Positions 50,000-61,572 of a DNA stretch of 64,000 nucleotides are shown here, one piece after another. The first letter of the stretch is position 1. Each line of letters opens with the position of its first letter. The stretch comes from Fistulifera solaris (taxonomy: Eukaryota). The notes below the pieces were generated by a model that saw nothing but the letters and a program-made list of their open reading frames with translations, was not told where the DNA came from and made no database searches. The translations under genes and the position numbers were made by a program. The stretch spans positions 434,001 through 498,000 of the forward strand of contig AP026134.1 of NCBI GenBank assembly GCA_030295235.1, in the 5' to 3' direction.

Positions 50000-51526
50000 T
50001 CATTTCATGTGAACCATCATCTCAAAAGGGTTGCTGAGCAATTCCTGCACTCGGACGTGAAAGCGAGCAAGCTGGGCCCCATCCACATATCGGTGATCAG
50101 CGGTCCATGTTATCGGTAAGACACTCGATGCAATTACTTCATCGTTCTTTCCAAATCGCGGGAGCTTTTGCAAGCGTCCGATAGCCCCCATGGCTAGTTG
50201 TGGCGGGACCAGTACGGGCTGCAAGGACAAACCGGCTCCCAGAGCACCAATATTAGACAATGTAAACGTAGGACGAGTCGAGTCAAGCGCAATCTCATCA
50301 CGATTTTCTTTGAGCGAATCCAATTTTTCCTGAATCTCAGAAATGGACATCATGGCACAATCTCCTATCACAGGAACGACAAGTCCTCTCGCCGTATCCA
50401 TCGCTACTCCAATCTGATGTTGCGATTGCATACGAATGGAACTCTCCGTATTCTTGGCAGCGTTCAAAACTGGAAAGTCCTTCAACGCTATACTGCACGC
50501 CTTGACAATGAAAGCCAACAAACTAAGGTTCTTCGACAATGCTGAGTTGATTTCTTTCCGGATCGCTAGCAGATGTGTAACATCGATTTCGTCTCCCAGG
50601 CACATGTGAGGAATTTCTAGTGATTGCGTCATGGCTTTTGCCATTGCACGTGTATAGCCCCGTAATTCCACGATCTCTCCATCCATATTGTGCGACGCAA
50701 CTTCGGTTTCCAAAGCAATGCTTTTCTTGTCCATGAGCGATTGATTGCTGTCGACAAATGCCAGAACATCCGCTTTCAGCAGTCTTCCTTGCGGCCCCGT
50801 CGCCGGAACAACGGATGGATCGATCGCTTTTTCTTTGCAAAGTTTTCGAACAGCTGGACTTGTCTGAATCTTGACATTCGACCCCTGAATAACAGAAGAG
50901 TTTGGCGATACTACCGGTGCAGCGCCCTCAAGAGATTCGCTAATTATCGTTGTTTCTTCGTCAATCATCATCGTAGTATGCGGTGACTTTGCACTTGATT
51001 CCATTGTGTCATTAGCATCAACAAGGCTATCGGTATAAGCACAAGTCTCAAGAAAAACAAGAGGCTTTCCCACTTGAATCATATCGCCAACTTTTCCCGA
51101 AAGCTCCAATATTGTTCCGTCAAAGCGGCTAGTTATATCCACCGTTGCTTTATCACTTTGAACCTGACAAATCAAATCAAACTGCTCGACAGTATCACCG
51201 ACTTGCACATTCCATTTGATCAACTCAACTTCGTGAATGCCTTCTCCAATGTCGGCGAGGAGAAAGGGAATGACAGCTTTGTCATTTTGAAGAGCAGGAG
51301 CAGTCGAGAGATGGCTCTTGGTCAATTGATGCTGATAGATCTGCATAGAGGAGGATCGAAAGGATCCCGCTATGCGACAAGTCACTGCCGTGTATGGCAC
51401 AGTAGAATAGCCTGGGATGACAGAACTGACGTGACACAAAGACGAACGTTGCACGAGCACGGAATCTATTTGCTGTCGAGAAAATCTGGCCGCATATGAT
51501 CGCAGCTTCAACGACGAGCCAATCAT
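50000..51526 (-). CDS. DBT: Branched-chain alpha-ketoacid dehydrogenase E2 (dihydrolipoamide acyltransferase), mitochondrial
   Basis: Lipoyl domain FLLADIGEGIHEVE..EQFDLICQVQSDKATVDITSRFDG; E3-binding SPAVRKL..TGPQGRLLKADV; catalytic FTLSNIG and DHRYVDG; Arg/Ser-rich presequence. Confidence 0.93.
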   Translation of the reverse strand: MIGSSLKLRSYAARFSRQQIDSVLVQRSSLCHVSSVIPGYSTVPYTAVTCRIAGSFRSSSMQIYQHQLTKSHLSTAPALQNDKAVIPFLLADIGEGIHEVELIKWNVQVGDTVEQFDLICQVQSDKATVDITSRFDGTILELSGKVGDMIQVGKPLVFLETCAYTDSLVDANDTMESSAKSPHTTMMIDEETTIISESLEGAAPVVSPNSSVIQGSNVKIQTSPAVRKLCKEKAIDPSVVPATGPQGRLLKADVLAFVDSNQSLMDKKSIALETEVASHNMDGEIVELRGYTRAMAKAMTQSLEIPHMCLGDEIDVTHLLAIRKEINSALSKNLSLLAFIVKACSIALKDFPVLNAAKNTESSIRMQSQHQIGVAMDTARGLVVPVIGDCAMMSISEIQEKLDSLKENRDEIALDSTRPTFTLSNIGALGAGLSLQPVLVPPQLAMGAIGRLQKLPRFGKNDEVIASSVLPITWTADHRYVDGAQLARFHVRVQELLSNPFEMMVHMK

Positions 51527-51567
51527 TCGTTGCGTAATTTGTGTTTCCAAGTTATTCAAGCGATAAG

Positions 51568-51633
51568 ATTGGAGACTTATTATCGTTGTTCGCTAAATGA
51601 TCATTGGAGACTTATTATCGTTGTTCGCTAAAT
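51568..51633. repeat. 31-bp direct duplication (attggagacttattatcgttgttcgctaaat, x2) upstream of DBT
   Basis: Copies start at 51568 and 51603. Confidence 0.9.
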
Positions 51634-52915
51634 CGATCGAATGAAATTCTTCACCAGGTACCAGGTAGCAGGTAGGTGTGAAAACGAACAGGCGCAGAAT
51701 TCTTTTGTGATGTCTTTTTCTGTCGCTGTCATTGTTGTGTGTCACATCAAAAGCGTTGATTAGCGTTCAAGTTTATAATACGTGAACCGATGCCGATGCG
51801 CCATCCCATCGCAGAGGCGTTCTGGAGAGTGTGTAAAAAATGGCAAAATTAGAATTATTCGAAACAAAAAAAATCAACTTTTGATTTTCCACATATTGAA
51901 AAAAATTACATAGTTTGGTCTAATGATCCCAAATAAATCTAAAACAAGATCAGACTTTCAAAGTTCCAACGAGTAACACTCAAATTCAATGTGTCCACAT
52001 GGGAAAGGCCCAAAAATTCAAGCACCGGTCGAGCTACTTATGCACACACGTCCAAGGTCCAAGGTCTCTATCTACTCGTGGATAAATTTAAACCTTATCT
52101 GTTTCCAAAGCACATAGCACATAGGCGCGTAGGGCAAGACCCCAGGGACTCACAGGCCTAAGATATAGGATGAATAGTCTAATTTCGATTATGGTTCAGT
52201 AATTCAAACATGGGACATGGGACCTTTAAGTCTTCAAACTGTAAATTAAATTACTTGGCAGGAGTTTGTTGGGCCTTTGTCTTATTCGTCCCTTGGGTCC
52301 TTTTCTCTTTTCTCGTCCTTTTGACATCCTGTCGTGGACAGTAGCGTACATCGTTAAACGTTTAACGTTTAACGTTCAATATTCAATACTGGTCCTTTTC
52401 AGAATTTGAAACTTGAAATAATAGAATAGGTTGACCGCACTAGTTATCACTGATTAGATTTCATTTAAATATGATTCGATTTTAAACAAGTACCGCAAGA
52501 CTAAGGGCTTTTCTCACTGGTATTGAATTTATGAATTTATGATTGTGTGTGATTGGAGTTTCACTTTGCACTATTTCAAATATGGAGTAAAAAGCTGGTA
52601 CATGCGACAGAACGATTCACAAGAAGAATAGGGAGTGAGGCTTAGGTCCTTGGTTACTACTAATCATAAAAATTGCTTTGGGCCTTCTTTCTTAAAAGAA
52701 CCGAGTTCACTTTGAAACGTCTCAAGTCTAAATCTAAAACGCATGGAGAAGGATCCAAGCGCCAAAAATTACTTCCACACGCAAACCCGAGAATTTATAA
52801 TCACAATTCGCATCGCCGCATTTGCGAACCAAGATAATCTAAATTAACAGCAGCGCTTTTCATCAGGTGACCATTCAAAACATCTATTCCAACACAATAC
52901 CCCGCAAAAGAAACA

Positions 52916-53326
52916 ATGACTCTCAATAAACCCATCACAAGCAAGATAGAATCACCCAAGAAAGCTACACCCAGCAGCTATTTCAATCGTCCCAAATGCT
53001 ATTTTGAGAAAGACCACAAAGAGACGAATTCTGACAAAGAGCTGCAGTCACTGAAGAAAAGAAGGTACATGCGAAGAGGTTCAAAGACAGCGGAAATGCT
53101 CATACAATCCTTACCGTATATGAACCTGGCGAAGCTAAACTCTCCTCGTGAACGAAGCGTTTCCCCTGTGCAACGGCGACTCTCCATTGTTTCCGCGTTG
53201 AGACTCAATTTAGAAGCGTCTCATATAAATGACACAAAAACCAATACATGTTTTGAAAAGATACCTTTACGAACCGACGAAAGGAGGAGTACGACCATCG
53301 ACATTCTGTCTTGCATCAAACCCTGA
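52916..53326 (+). CDS. Hypothetical basic small protein (KRRYMRRGSK motif)
   Basis: 136-aa ATG ORF preceded by an A/C-rich leader, with RRxS-type motifs. Confidence 0.6.
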   Translation: MTLNKPITSKIESPKKATPSSYFNRPKCYFEKDHKETNSDKELQSLKKRRYMRRGSKTAEMLIQSLPYMNLAKLNSPRERSVSPVQRRLSIVSALRLNLEASHINDTKTNTCFEKIPLRTDERRSTTIDILSCIKP

Positions 53327-53898
53327 ACACGCTTTGTCGCTCATGGCCGACTTTTACGACACTGTGGTGCTTCCAAGTCCCCATTTCAATGCCTTTAAGG
53401 TAGTTGAAACCCATGTTTGACTAACTGTCGCGAACACCTATTTAGGAGCGGCAATCTAGGTGCAGCTCATCGCTAGTTCGTATTGTCATGCATTTTAACT
53501 CCCTTAGCCTTCCGATACCTATTGATTAGCTCTATATCCTTACACAGAAAGAGCAAGCGGTTCTTGCAGTAGCCAGCATCGACTGGATGATGCGGCATGA
53601 GTATCTGTATGTCCGCCAAAAGAATCTTAGATGTCGGATAGCCACATCCACCCTTCTCTTGCATGAAAGTCACAAGGATCTATCAATGCAAACAGAATGG
53701 AAGGTCACAGCTATTGCACCTGACACACTGCTTTGAAAATGAATGCTAGCTCGTAGCTAGGAGATGATCGATCGTTTTTAGCCAGCTATACAACGATCAA
53801 CGAAGAGGAAAGAGCAGAAACGCCATCAATCATCCTTTAAAAACACTCGGCTCATTCCTATTTACTCAACTTTTTGTCTAATAGTAAGTAGTAATTAT

Positions 53899-54409
53899 TT
53901 AATGGGCCGCAGCACGGGCACGTTGCTGTGAGTTGACATTCTTGATATCTTCACGTTTGGCCAGTGCTCGTTTGTGCGAACCCAATCGACGCTTGGCAAA
54001 CTTGTAAATTCGCTTATCGGCCGAAGAACCGCCGGTTTTGATCATATCCAAAATACGACGTTCATAGGGAGCCAAACCGACGACTTCACGGGCAATTTGA
54101 CGGCACATGGTGACGCGCTTTCCGGCTTTCTGTGAAAAATTTAAAAAAAATGAAAAGCAAGAGTGAGTCGACAGAGACAAAACGGTGGCTTTTCTTTTCG
54201 GATGACCGAAGAGAAGTGAAGGGAAGCAAGGCTAGAGACGACGAATGCTATTTCGAAAAAGAACTTTCACTTCGCTTCATGCACTCGTTCGGCATTTTCT
54301 ACGGTGATAGAAGACTTACACCCTTGGAATGGCTGGGCTTGGCTTTCAGTTCACGTTGTTGCGTGATGTGTCCCGAGTTGGCACCTTTGGCGTAACCGTT
54401 TCGTGTCAT
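53899..54409 (-). CDS. RPL36: 60S ribosomal protein L36 (eL36); intron 54130-54319
   Basis: MTRNGYAKGANSGHITQ..KPSHSKG spliced (GTAAGT...CAG) to KAGKRVTMCRQIAREVVGLAPYERR..FAKRRLGSHKRA. Confidence 0.96.
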
Positions 54410-54890
54410 GGTATATTCTATTTGAATGGTTCAATATAATAATAAACGAGGAATTTGATCCACCGTGTTGTTGGGTTGTTGGCGGCGTGGATGGTATCGA
54501 CGAGAGGGACTGAACTGGTTTTTTTTTCTACGTAGATGTACGTAGAAAATATACTGTGGTTACCCTTTACCGCTCTACTACAAAAATTTTACGCTCGTCC
54601 GGCAACAACGAAAAATTTTTCCTGGAGCAATTGTTTCGTCACAGCTTGGTAAGGTGAGACCATGAAGTTGTTTCGTTCTTTCAGGAATTTCCATGAATTG
54701 ATTCATTTCTTGATTTGTGTGTAGTAGGAGCGGTGTAGAATGATGAAGTCGTTTTCGTTTTGTTCACTCCGAAAGATGTTTTTCAAAAAATCCATTCGAG
54801 CTCTCTTATACTCACGTGACCTTGTTTTTTATTCTTCTGTTTTATAGCTTGACTGTTTTTACTTCATTTATTTACATACACATACAAAAC

Positions 54891-55232
54891 ATGCCGGACA
54901 ATCGCTGGACGCAAAACACTCGCCACTCGTACAATACGGCTTCGGCCAAACTGCGGGCCATTCGCATGCCCGGTGGGGCCTTGAAGAGTCAACGTGTGAC
55001 CAAAACTACCAAAGGACCCCGTTGCTCCGATTGCAAGAAAGTTCTTCCCGGAATCAAGCACATGAAATCGTCCGAATACGCGCGAACCTCGAAACGAGAG
55101 CGTACCGTCAGTCGTTGTTACGGTGGATCGACGTGCCATGCCTGTGTGCGCCAGCGAATTATGCGGGCGTTCTTGTTGGAAGAACAAAAGGCAGTCAAGA
55201 AGGTATTGGCGGAACGAGCGGCCAAGAAGTAA
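54891..55232 (+). CDS. RPL34: 60S ribosomal protein L34 (eL34); probable 5'-UTR intron ~54649-54848
   Basis: RHSYNTAS..MPGG, CSDCKKVLPGI and VSRCYGGSTCHACVRQRIMRAFLLEEQK. Confidence 0.96.
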   Translation: MPDNRWTQNTRHSYNTASAKLRAIRMPGGALKSQRVTKTTKGPRCSDCKKVLPGIKHMKSSEYARTSKRERTVSRCYGGSTCHACVRQRIMRAFLLEEQKAVKKVLAERAAKK

Positions 55233-56065
55233 ATAGAGTAATCCAATCAATCAAAATGATGATACGGTTTTCGCTATTGTGTTTGTGTGTGTGTTTTGAT
55301 TGTTGTCGATTGTAAACGGCAGGGAGGTTGTTATAAGAAGCACATCTTTTCTTAGTTTTGATAACGATGAGAGACAGGATGCGACCTTCCTGCTTGCTAT
55401 TTTGTCACCGAAACGTTAACGAGATTAGACTTTTGCATACCATCAACATCCCGCGATCCTTGTTTAGCTTTTGATTGAGGGTTAGCAACGAAAATTAACG
55501 TCGTCGAGCCACAACCTGCATCATCGCTTCTCGGCTACAATGGTTGTATTTATGAAGTATACTAGGAGTTTTTCGAGGAAATAATTAGTCTATTGCGGAG
55601 TTCTTTCATTGTGATTGGCAGTGCATGTCGAAATAATAGCTCCCCCCTGCGGCATTCCACTTTACTATAAGGCCAAACTGTTGACTGTTTTTCGCCACGA
55701 TTGGATTTAAGTCATGAATAAAAAGAGAAGGTTGCTTTATTTTGCTCATTGAATGTTTCTTTATCGAGCGTTGTCATCTGTAATGATCTCCATTGAAAAT
55801 TAAAAACTGTGCTCATCGTCGCTTGACCTACCCTTTCAATTTTTTTCACCCTGAAAAGCACCCCTCACTTTACAGTACCAGGTTTCAACTTTATCACGAC
55901 TGGATTTTGATCTCGAGTCGCTCTAGTGTCAGAGTTACGGACGACATCATTCAACTTTCTTCGTCGCTCTGACTGCGTGATAATAATCGACACGGCGATC
56001 CATTTGAATCAAAAGGTTTTATAGTGTAAAAGGCAGCCCAGTCAAGTAGGTTTTGAATGAATGCA

Positions 56066-58660
56066 ATGAAACTTCGAATCAGTTTGCTTCTTGTCGTGGC
56101 GGTTCGAGTGCAATCCTTCCACTCTATTGTCACCCAACAACCTTTTCCCTTTCAACTCTACAGCAGCTCTGCCGGAATCCTTTCCGAAACCGTCTCCGTA
56201 GAAACAATAGGAGATTGTTTAGGATCGGGAAGGTGAGTTGGAAGGAGTACGCTTGGTAGTTCCGTGTGTCTCTTTCTCATTACTGCTCTTTTTCTCAGTT
56301 ACGGCACAGTTCACCTCCTTCAAACAGTACAAGCGGATCAGCGCAAAACATGGTTGGTAGGAAAGCGTGCATGGACATTGGAAGAATTACGAGAACAAAG
56401 AAACGAACAACAAAGTAAAAAATTAGAGGAACTAGCCGAACGATGTCGCTATTATTTGGACGTGGAAGCGTATTGTCTTTCCAAATTTCAGAATCAAAAC
56501 AATATAGTCCCATTTCGGGGCCGCGCCAAAGATGAGCAGGGGCGTGAATGGATGTTAATGGATATGATGAAAGCGGATGAAGCGGATGGAATGCCACATG
56601 CCAGCAGTGTTGCCCCTAGTTTACAAGACATTATCGAGCAAGATCGCACGGATCCACACAACAATCATCATTTGTTTTACTTATCGGCCGCGTTGGGAGT
56701 TCATGGAGATTTATCTCAAACATTGGATGTCGTCATCTCCAACCTTTTGCATGCTTTGAAAGCAACACACGAATTGGGCATCGTCCATCGGGATGTCAAA
56801 CCAGGTAATCTTCTCGTGGTTCCTTCGGGCCGGCTGGTGTTATTGGATTTCGGGAGTGCCGCGGATTTGTCACCCAAGGGCTGGTTCGCGAAGCGAATGG
56901 GATGGGAACAAGACCGCGTGGCAGTTTCTCCGATTTACGCGGCTCCGGAAGTATTCATTAATCCGACAAATGTACAAGAGTCGCTGACGTTCGATTGTTT
57001 CAGTGCGGGGCTGTTAATTTGTCAACTGCTTTTTCAATACCTGGATGAACGAACCGAATCCGGATTTCATCAGCAACGTGAATCGGTGGATTGCGATTTG
57101 GACGAATGGCTCCGTACCGCGTTAGCGAGTAAAGTGAGTCCAGCCGGCATGGACGATGCCATGGACGTTTTGCAGAAACGACCCGGACTCTGGCGCTTAT
57201 TGAAAAGTCTGCTGCAAAAGGATCCTAGAAATCGTATCTCTAGTGCCAAGGCTTTGGAATTGTGGTATCTGATCCAACAAAATGCGTCAACGGAAATTCA
57301 AAAACGCGTCGCTGATGCCCGGCTGGACGATGGGGCTTACTTGAAGGACTGCTTGGAACTATACAGTTCGTGTCCAGTGACCCCCACGGTATGGCCTCTA
57401 CACTTTGTCGCAACGTTCGATCGAAGAAAGCCGCTAGGTTTATATCTCTCGGAAGTAGACTTGGACGAGGAAACGAAAGCTGAGCTTAGTGCTGAAGATC
57501 GCAAGAAATGGGACGCTGCTACAAGTGATATGCCTTCCGGAGAAGTATTTGTCCAGGGACTTGTCCCTGATAGTCAAGCGGATATCTTGGGTATTTTTCA
57601 GGTAGGAGATCGACTCGAAGGTGTAGGTGAACTACCTGTTTCAGGTGCAGGCTTCGAAAAGGTCTTGGAACTATTGAAAGATCAACCCAAGCAGAGCAAG
57701 TTTGTTACGCTTCACTTTGCAAGAAAATCGGCAATTCAGGTAACAGATATGAATGAGAATGGAATTATGGATGGACCTGTAAAGGTCGTAGATCAAGGAG
57801 CCTGGACAACCAAAGGTCGTCGTCCTTCTCAAGAGGATGCGTATATAATGCATGAAGTTCTTGGTTCAAAAGAAAGTTCCTTGTTATTAGCAGGCGTGGC
57901 AGATGGGCATTTAGGTAGAGCAGCATCTAGCTTTGTCAAGTCGGAGCTTCCGCTTTCTGTTTCTGAAATATTATGGAAGCAATCAAGAAGAAATACGAGC
58001 TTGGGCCAATTGCTATTTGACGCATGGGATCAAGTATGCGAAAAATACCGGAGCGGATGCATATCCGGAGAAGAATGCGCCGCAGATTACAATCCTCGGG
58101 AAGGGTTTTTGATGGCCAACACCGGGTCCGTTGACGCAATCGCAGGGACCACCACATGTCTTGTGGCTGTCGACTCACAAACGAGTCAAATGTCATTTTT
58201 GAATTGCGGCGATTCTAGGGGCCTTGTCGTTGATAAAGAAGGCAAACTGGTCTACATCACTAATGATCACACACCCGAGTACGATCAGCAACGGCTCACC
58301 GAGGGTCGCAGTCAAGGTAAAGATTACGAGCCACCATTGTGTCGAGCAGGTCGATGGTCTGTTGCAGTGGGAGACTTTTGCTATGCTTTAGCACGGTCCT
58401 TGGAAGGTCCTTTTGCGACTTCCAAGGGTATCGTCTCGGAGCCCGATATTGATCAGTTTCACGCACCTCCCGGTGCCACCGTGGTTGTGGCCACGGATGG
58501 ATTGTGGGAAGTGATGGATTCGGAACAAGTGGCTCACATAATAACGAAAATGAGGAGGCATTCGGAAAGTGCTGCCGAGGTTGCGAAAGTGTTGTGCGCA
58601 CTCGCTGTTCAAAACGGTTCAAGTGACAACGTAAGCGCCGTTGTTGTGTACATGGAATAA
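56066..58660 (+). CDS. Predicted plastid-targeted STN7/STN8-like Ser/Thr kinase - PDZ-like - PP2C phosphatase fusion; intron 56233-56298
   Basis: Exon 1 MKLRISLLLVVAVRVQS-F.. splices (GTGAGT...CTCAG) to complete GSGSYGTV. Kinase motifs HRDVKPGN, DFGSAADL and YAAPE; PDZ-like PLGLYL..FQVGDRL; PP2C motifs RRPSQEDA, DGHLG, GTT, NCGDSR, DH, ATDGLWE and DN. All three domains are in one uninterrupted frame. Confidence 0.9.
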
Positions 58661-59148
58661 ATACTGATGTTGGCAACTCATTACTGTGACCCGAGACGCA
58701 AAAGTTATGTTTACAACAGCGATCTTTCGGGAGGGTCAACCTGGGGTGATGAGAAGCATCCAGACCAGAATGAAAACATGTTTTTTTGTTTTTGTGAGTG
58801 TCGACAGAACCGACGCCCCGATGAGCCCTACAGATAGTTGGATGCAAGCCAAGCTTCATTGCTGGTACGGTACCAGTACCGTGTCTCAAGCTGCATCTTC
58901 GTGTGACTCAATCGAGACCCAGTCCCGGAAAATAATGCCCACATCACAGCGTTTATTAATTGACACCTACAATTCTTTACAACAACACTTCGTTAATTCG
59001 TTAATAATTGTCTCCCAGAAACGTTTGTCATTCTTATGCTTATTCGACGTACAAAAGGAACTGATTGCGGTTTCATTTCGTGGGGACTCGAACAGTGAAT
59101 TCCGAAGCGCGTAGCTGCACTCAGAGGAAAAAGAAAAAAGGAATCATC

Positions 59149-61398
59149 ATGGAATATCAATCGCATTTGAGTTTTTCATCGTTTCAAGATGAAGTGCATT
59201 CTCGGAAAACCAAGCATCACCGGTATTCGGTGGATTTATCTGCCGATCGTCGACGAGCATCTCTCTTTGGAGAGTCAACTGCAGTACATGACGCAGAAGA
59301 TCTCTCTCCCCTTTCACCGTCAGAGCACTATCCTCATGACGACACTCAACATTGGCTGCGAGATGCGTTGCACCAAATTCCCGCAATTCTTTTAATCGGC
59401 TTATTTCATCTGATGGTAGGGATTCCTTTTGGGGTTTCTTATTTTCCCATTGGTTGGGCCACGGATGACGACTCCTCGAGTGATAACACAACAGCCTTTC
59501 CGGTCAAAGGTAAAGAAGCCTTAGGGATTCGTATGTTTTTGTTCTCCACAATGATCGGGCAAATTGTCTTCACGTATGCATCCGGCTTTGCAAGTCCGAT
59601 TGGCTTACAAATGATCGAGAACGTACCGTTTTGTCACGAACTGGCTACCATCGTCATTCGTCATCAAGGATACGGGGTAGAAGCCCTGTCGACGCTTTTG
59701 TTCCTCTTTGGTTTGGCATCACTGGCAGTGGGTTTCGTATTTGGAGCGTTGGGCTACTTTGGACTGGGTCGGATAGTCTATTATTTCCCCACACATGTTC
59801 TGGTCGGCTGTATTGGTGGCATTGGAGTCTATGTTGCGAAGACAGCAGTGGAGGTGGCATTGAACGCACCGTTTGGATATGAGACCATACGGCGCAATTT
59901 CCATTTGTTGAGAGTGGTTCTTTACTTCGAAGTGAGTCTACGGATTCTTCAAAAACTAACCTGGGACCATGTGGCAAAGAAACCGCGATATGCATTACTA
60001 TCACCCATCTTCTTCTGCTGCATCACGCCAGTTTTCTACGCTGCCTTGTTTTTATTGCAGGTCCCCATTCAAGGCGCCCGGGACCGAGGCTATTTCTTTC
60101 CGGCGTTGAACGGCGACTGCAGTGACTGTTCCATTGTCAACGAACATCTTTGGGACATGTGGCGTGTTCTCGATATCACGACGTTATCCTGGCCAGCTGT
60201 GTGGGAATCCCTGCCCACATTACTGGCGCTGATTCTTTTTCATTAATTCATGTGCCCATCAATATACCCGCCTTTGCAATCTCCACCAACACAGAAGTCG
60301 ACATGAACAAAGAATTGCTAGCGCATGGCTACGCAAATCTTTTTGCAGGATTGTCAGGTGGCTTGCAAAGTTACATGGCTTACACCCAGTCCGTATTGTA
60401 TCACAAATCAGGCGGTTACGGAAGAATGTCAGGATACGGGGTTGCTGCGTTGACTGCTGTTCTATTTGTCGTCGGACCGACCCTGGCTTCTTATACTCCG
60501 CGTTGCATGGCTGGTGCTCTTTTGCTTCATGTTGGATTGGATCTCTTTCTTGAGGGCGTTTATGATTCCTATGGAAAGTTTGATATGATTGAATATGCGG
60601 GTATATGGCTGATTACGCTAGTAATGACAGTTCGACGTGCAATTAGCAATATTCGTCTCCGGATCAGAGGACGGATTTCAATGTGAGTACAACCTGACGG
60701 AGGAATTGATGTACGTTGGCAAACTTAGCCCCCATGTCGAAGGGATTGTCGACGAGACAACCGAGCTGAGACGGTCTTCACTTAATGAACGGCTCACTTT
60801 CAAAGGCAGTCACGTCTGTAGTTCGCTTGACAAGGCCTTGATTTACGCCGAAGATGCCCTTGTACATTCGGTTGACCCGAGCTTGCTCTTCAACAACATT
60901 CGTATGAGCCACCCTCCCATTCGGCGAGACTCTTCCTTAGATGAAGAAAAAGATGTTGCGCTGAGATATTTGCAAAACTTATGCCCATCCGGAGATACAA
61001 GAACCGTGCAGGTTCTCTTTTCAAAATTCAAACGAGAGACTTATGTGAAGGGACAGTATTTATGGAGGCAGGACTCTCCGGGAAATTGCGCAAAGCTTCT
61101 TGTTTGGGGTGAATTGATAGCCTACATTGAGAACGAAGCCAATACGTTCGAGATTGTTGAAACTGGCAATACAGTCGGTGAACTTTGCCTAGTGGACGAC
61201 GTTCCACGAATGAGTTCAGTTTGCTGCTTGTCAGAGAACGCTGTTCTTTATAGCATCAGCCGCGATGATTTCACGTATCTTGTCGAGACGCATCCACACG
61301 CAGCACGACTCGTTGATTTACTTTGCATTCGCTATCTTTCCGCGCGAGTGCAGCTCGCGAGTAATCGTATATTCGAGACACGCTGTTTACCTGTTTGA
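59149..61398 (+). CDS. SulP/SLC26-family transporter with a C-terminal cyclic-nucleotide-binding domain (Vsb1-like); frameshifts near 60240 and 60630, STAS region apparently missing
   Basis: Motifs QMIENVPF, LGRIVYYFPTHVLVGCIGGIG, IHVPINIPAF, DMNKELLAHGYAN, and a cNMP-type GNTVGEL..PRMSSV. Confidence 0.85.
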
Positions 61399-61572
61399 AT
61401 CTATTGACATGGGCCATCCACAAGAGCACAATTTTGTTTCTTACTCCAGACTTCCGTTCAGCCGTCCTCGACTACGGTACCTGTTTCCTTTTGAACGAGC
61501 AGGTAGGCTTTTGAAACGGTTAGCGGCAAATTAAAAATAGTATTTATAACTGTCCTATCTTTTATTAATGTT

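Noticed and set aside
51840..52760. Centromere call
   Set aside because: Only about 0.9 kb at ~37% GC by hand count, which is too weak to call without ChIP.
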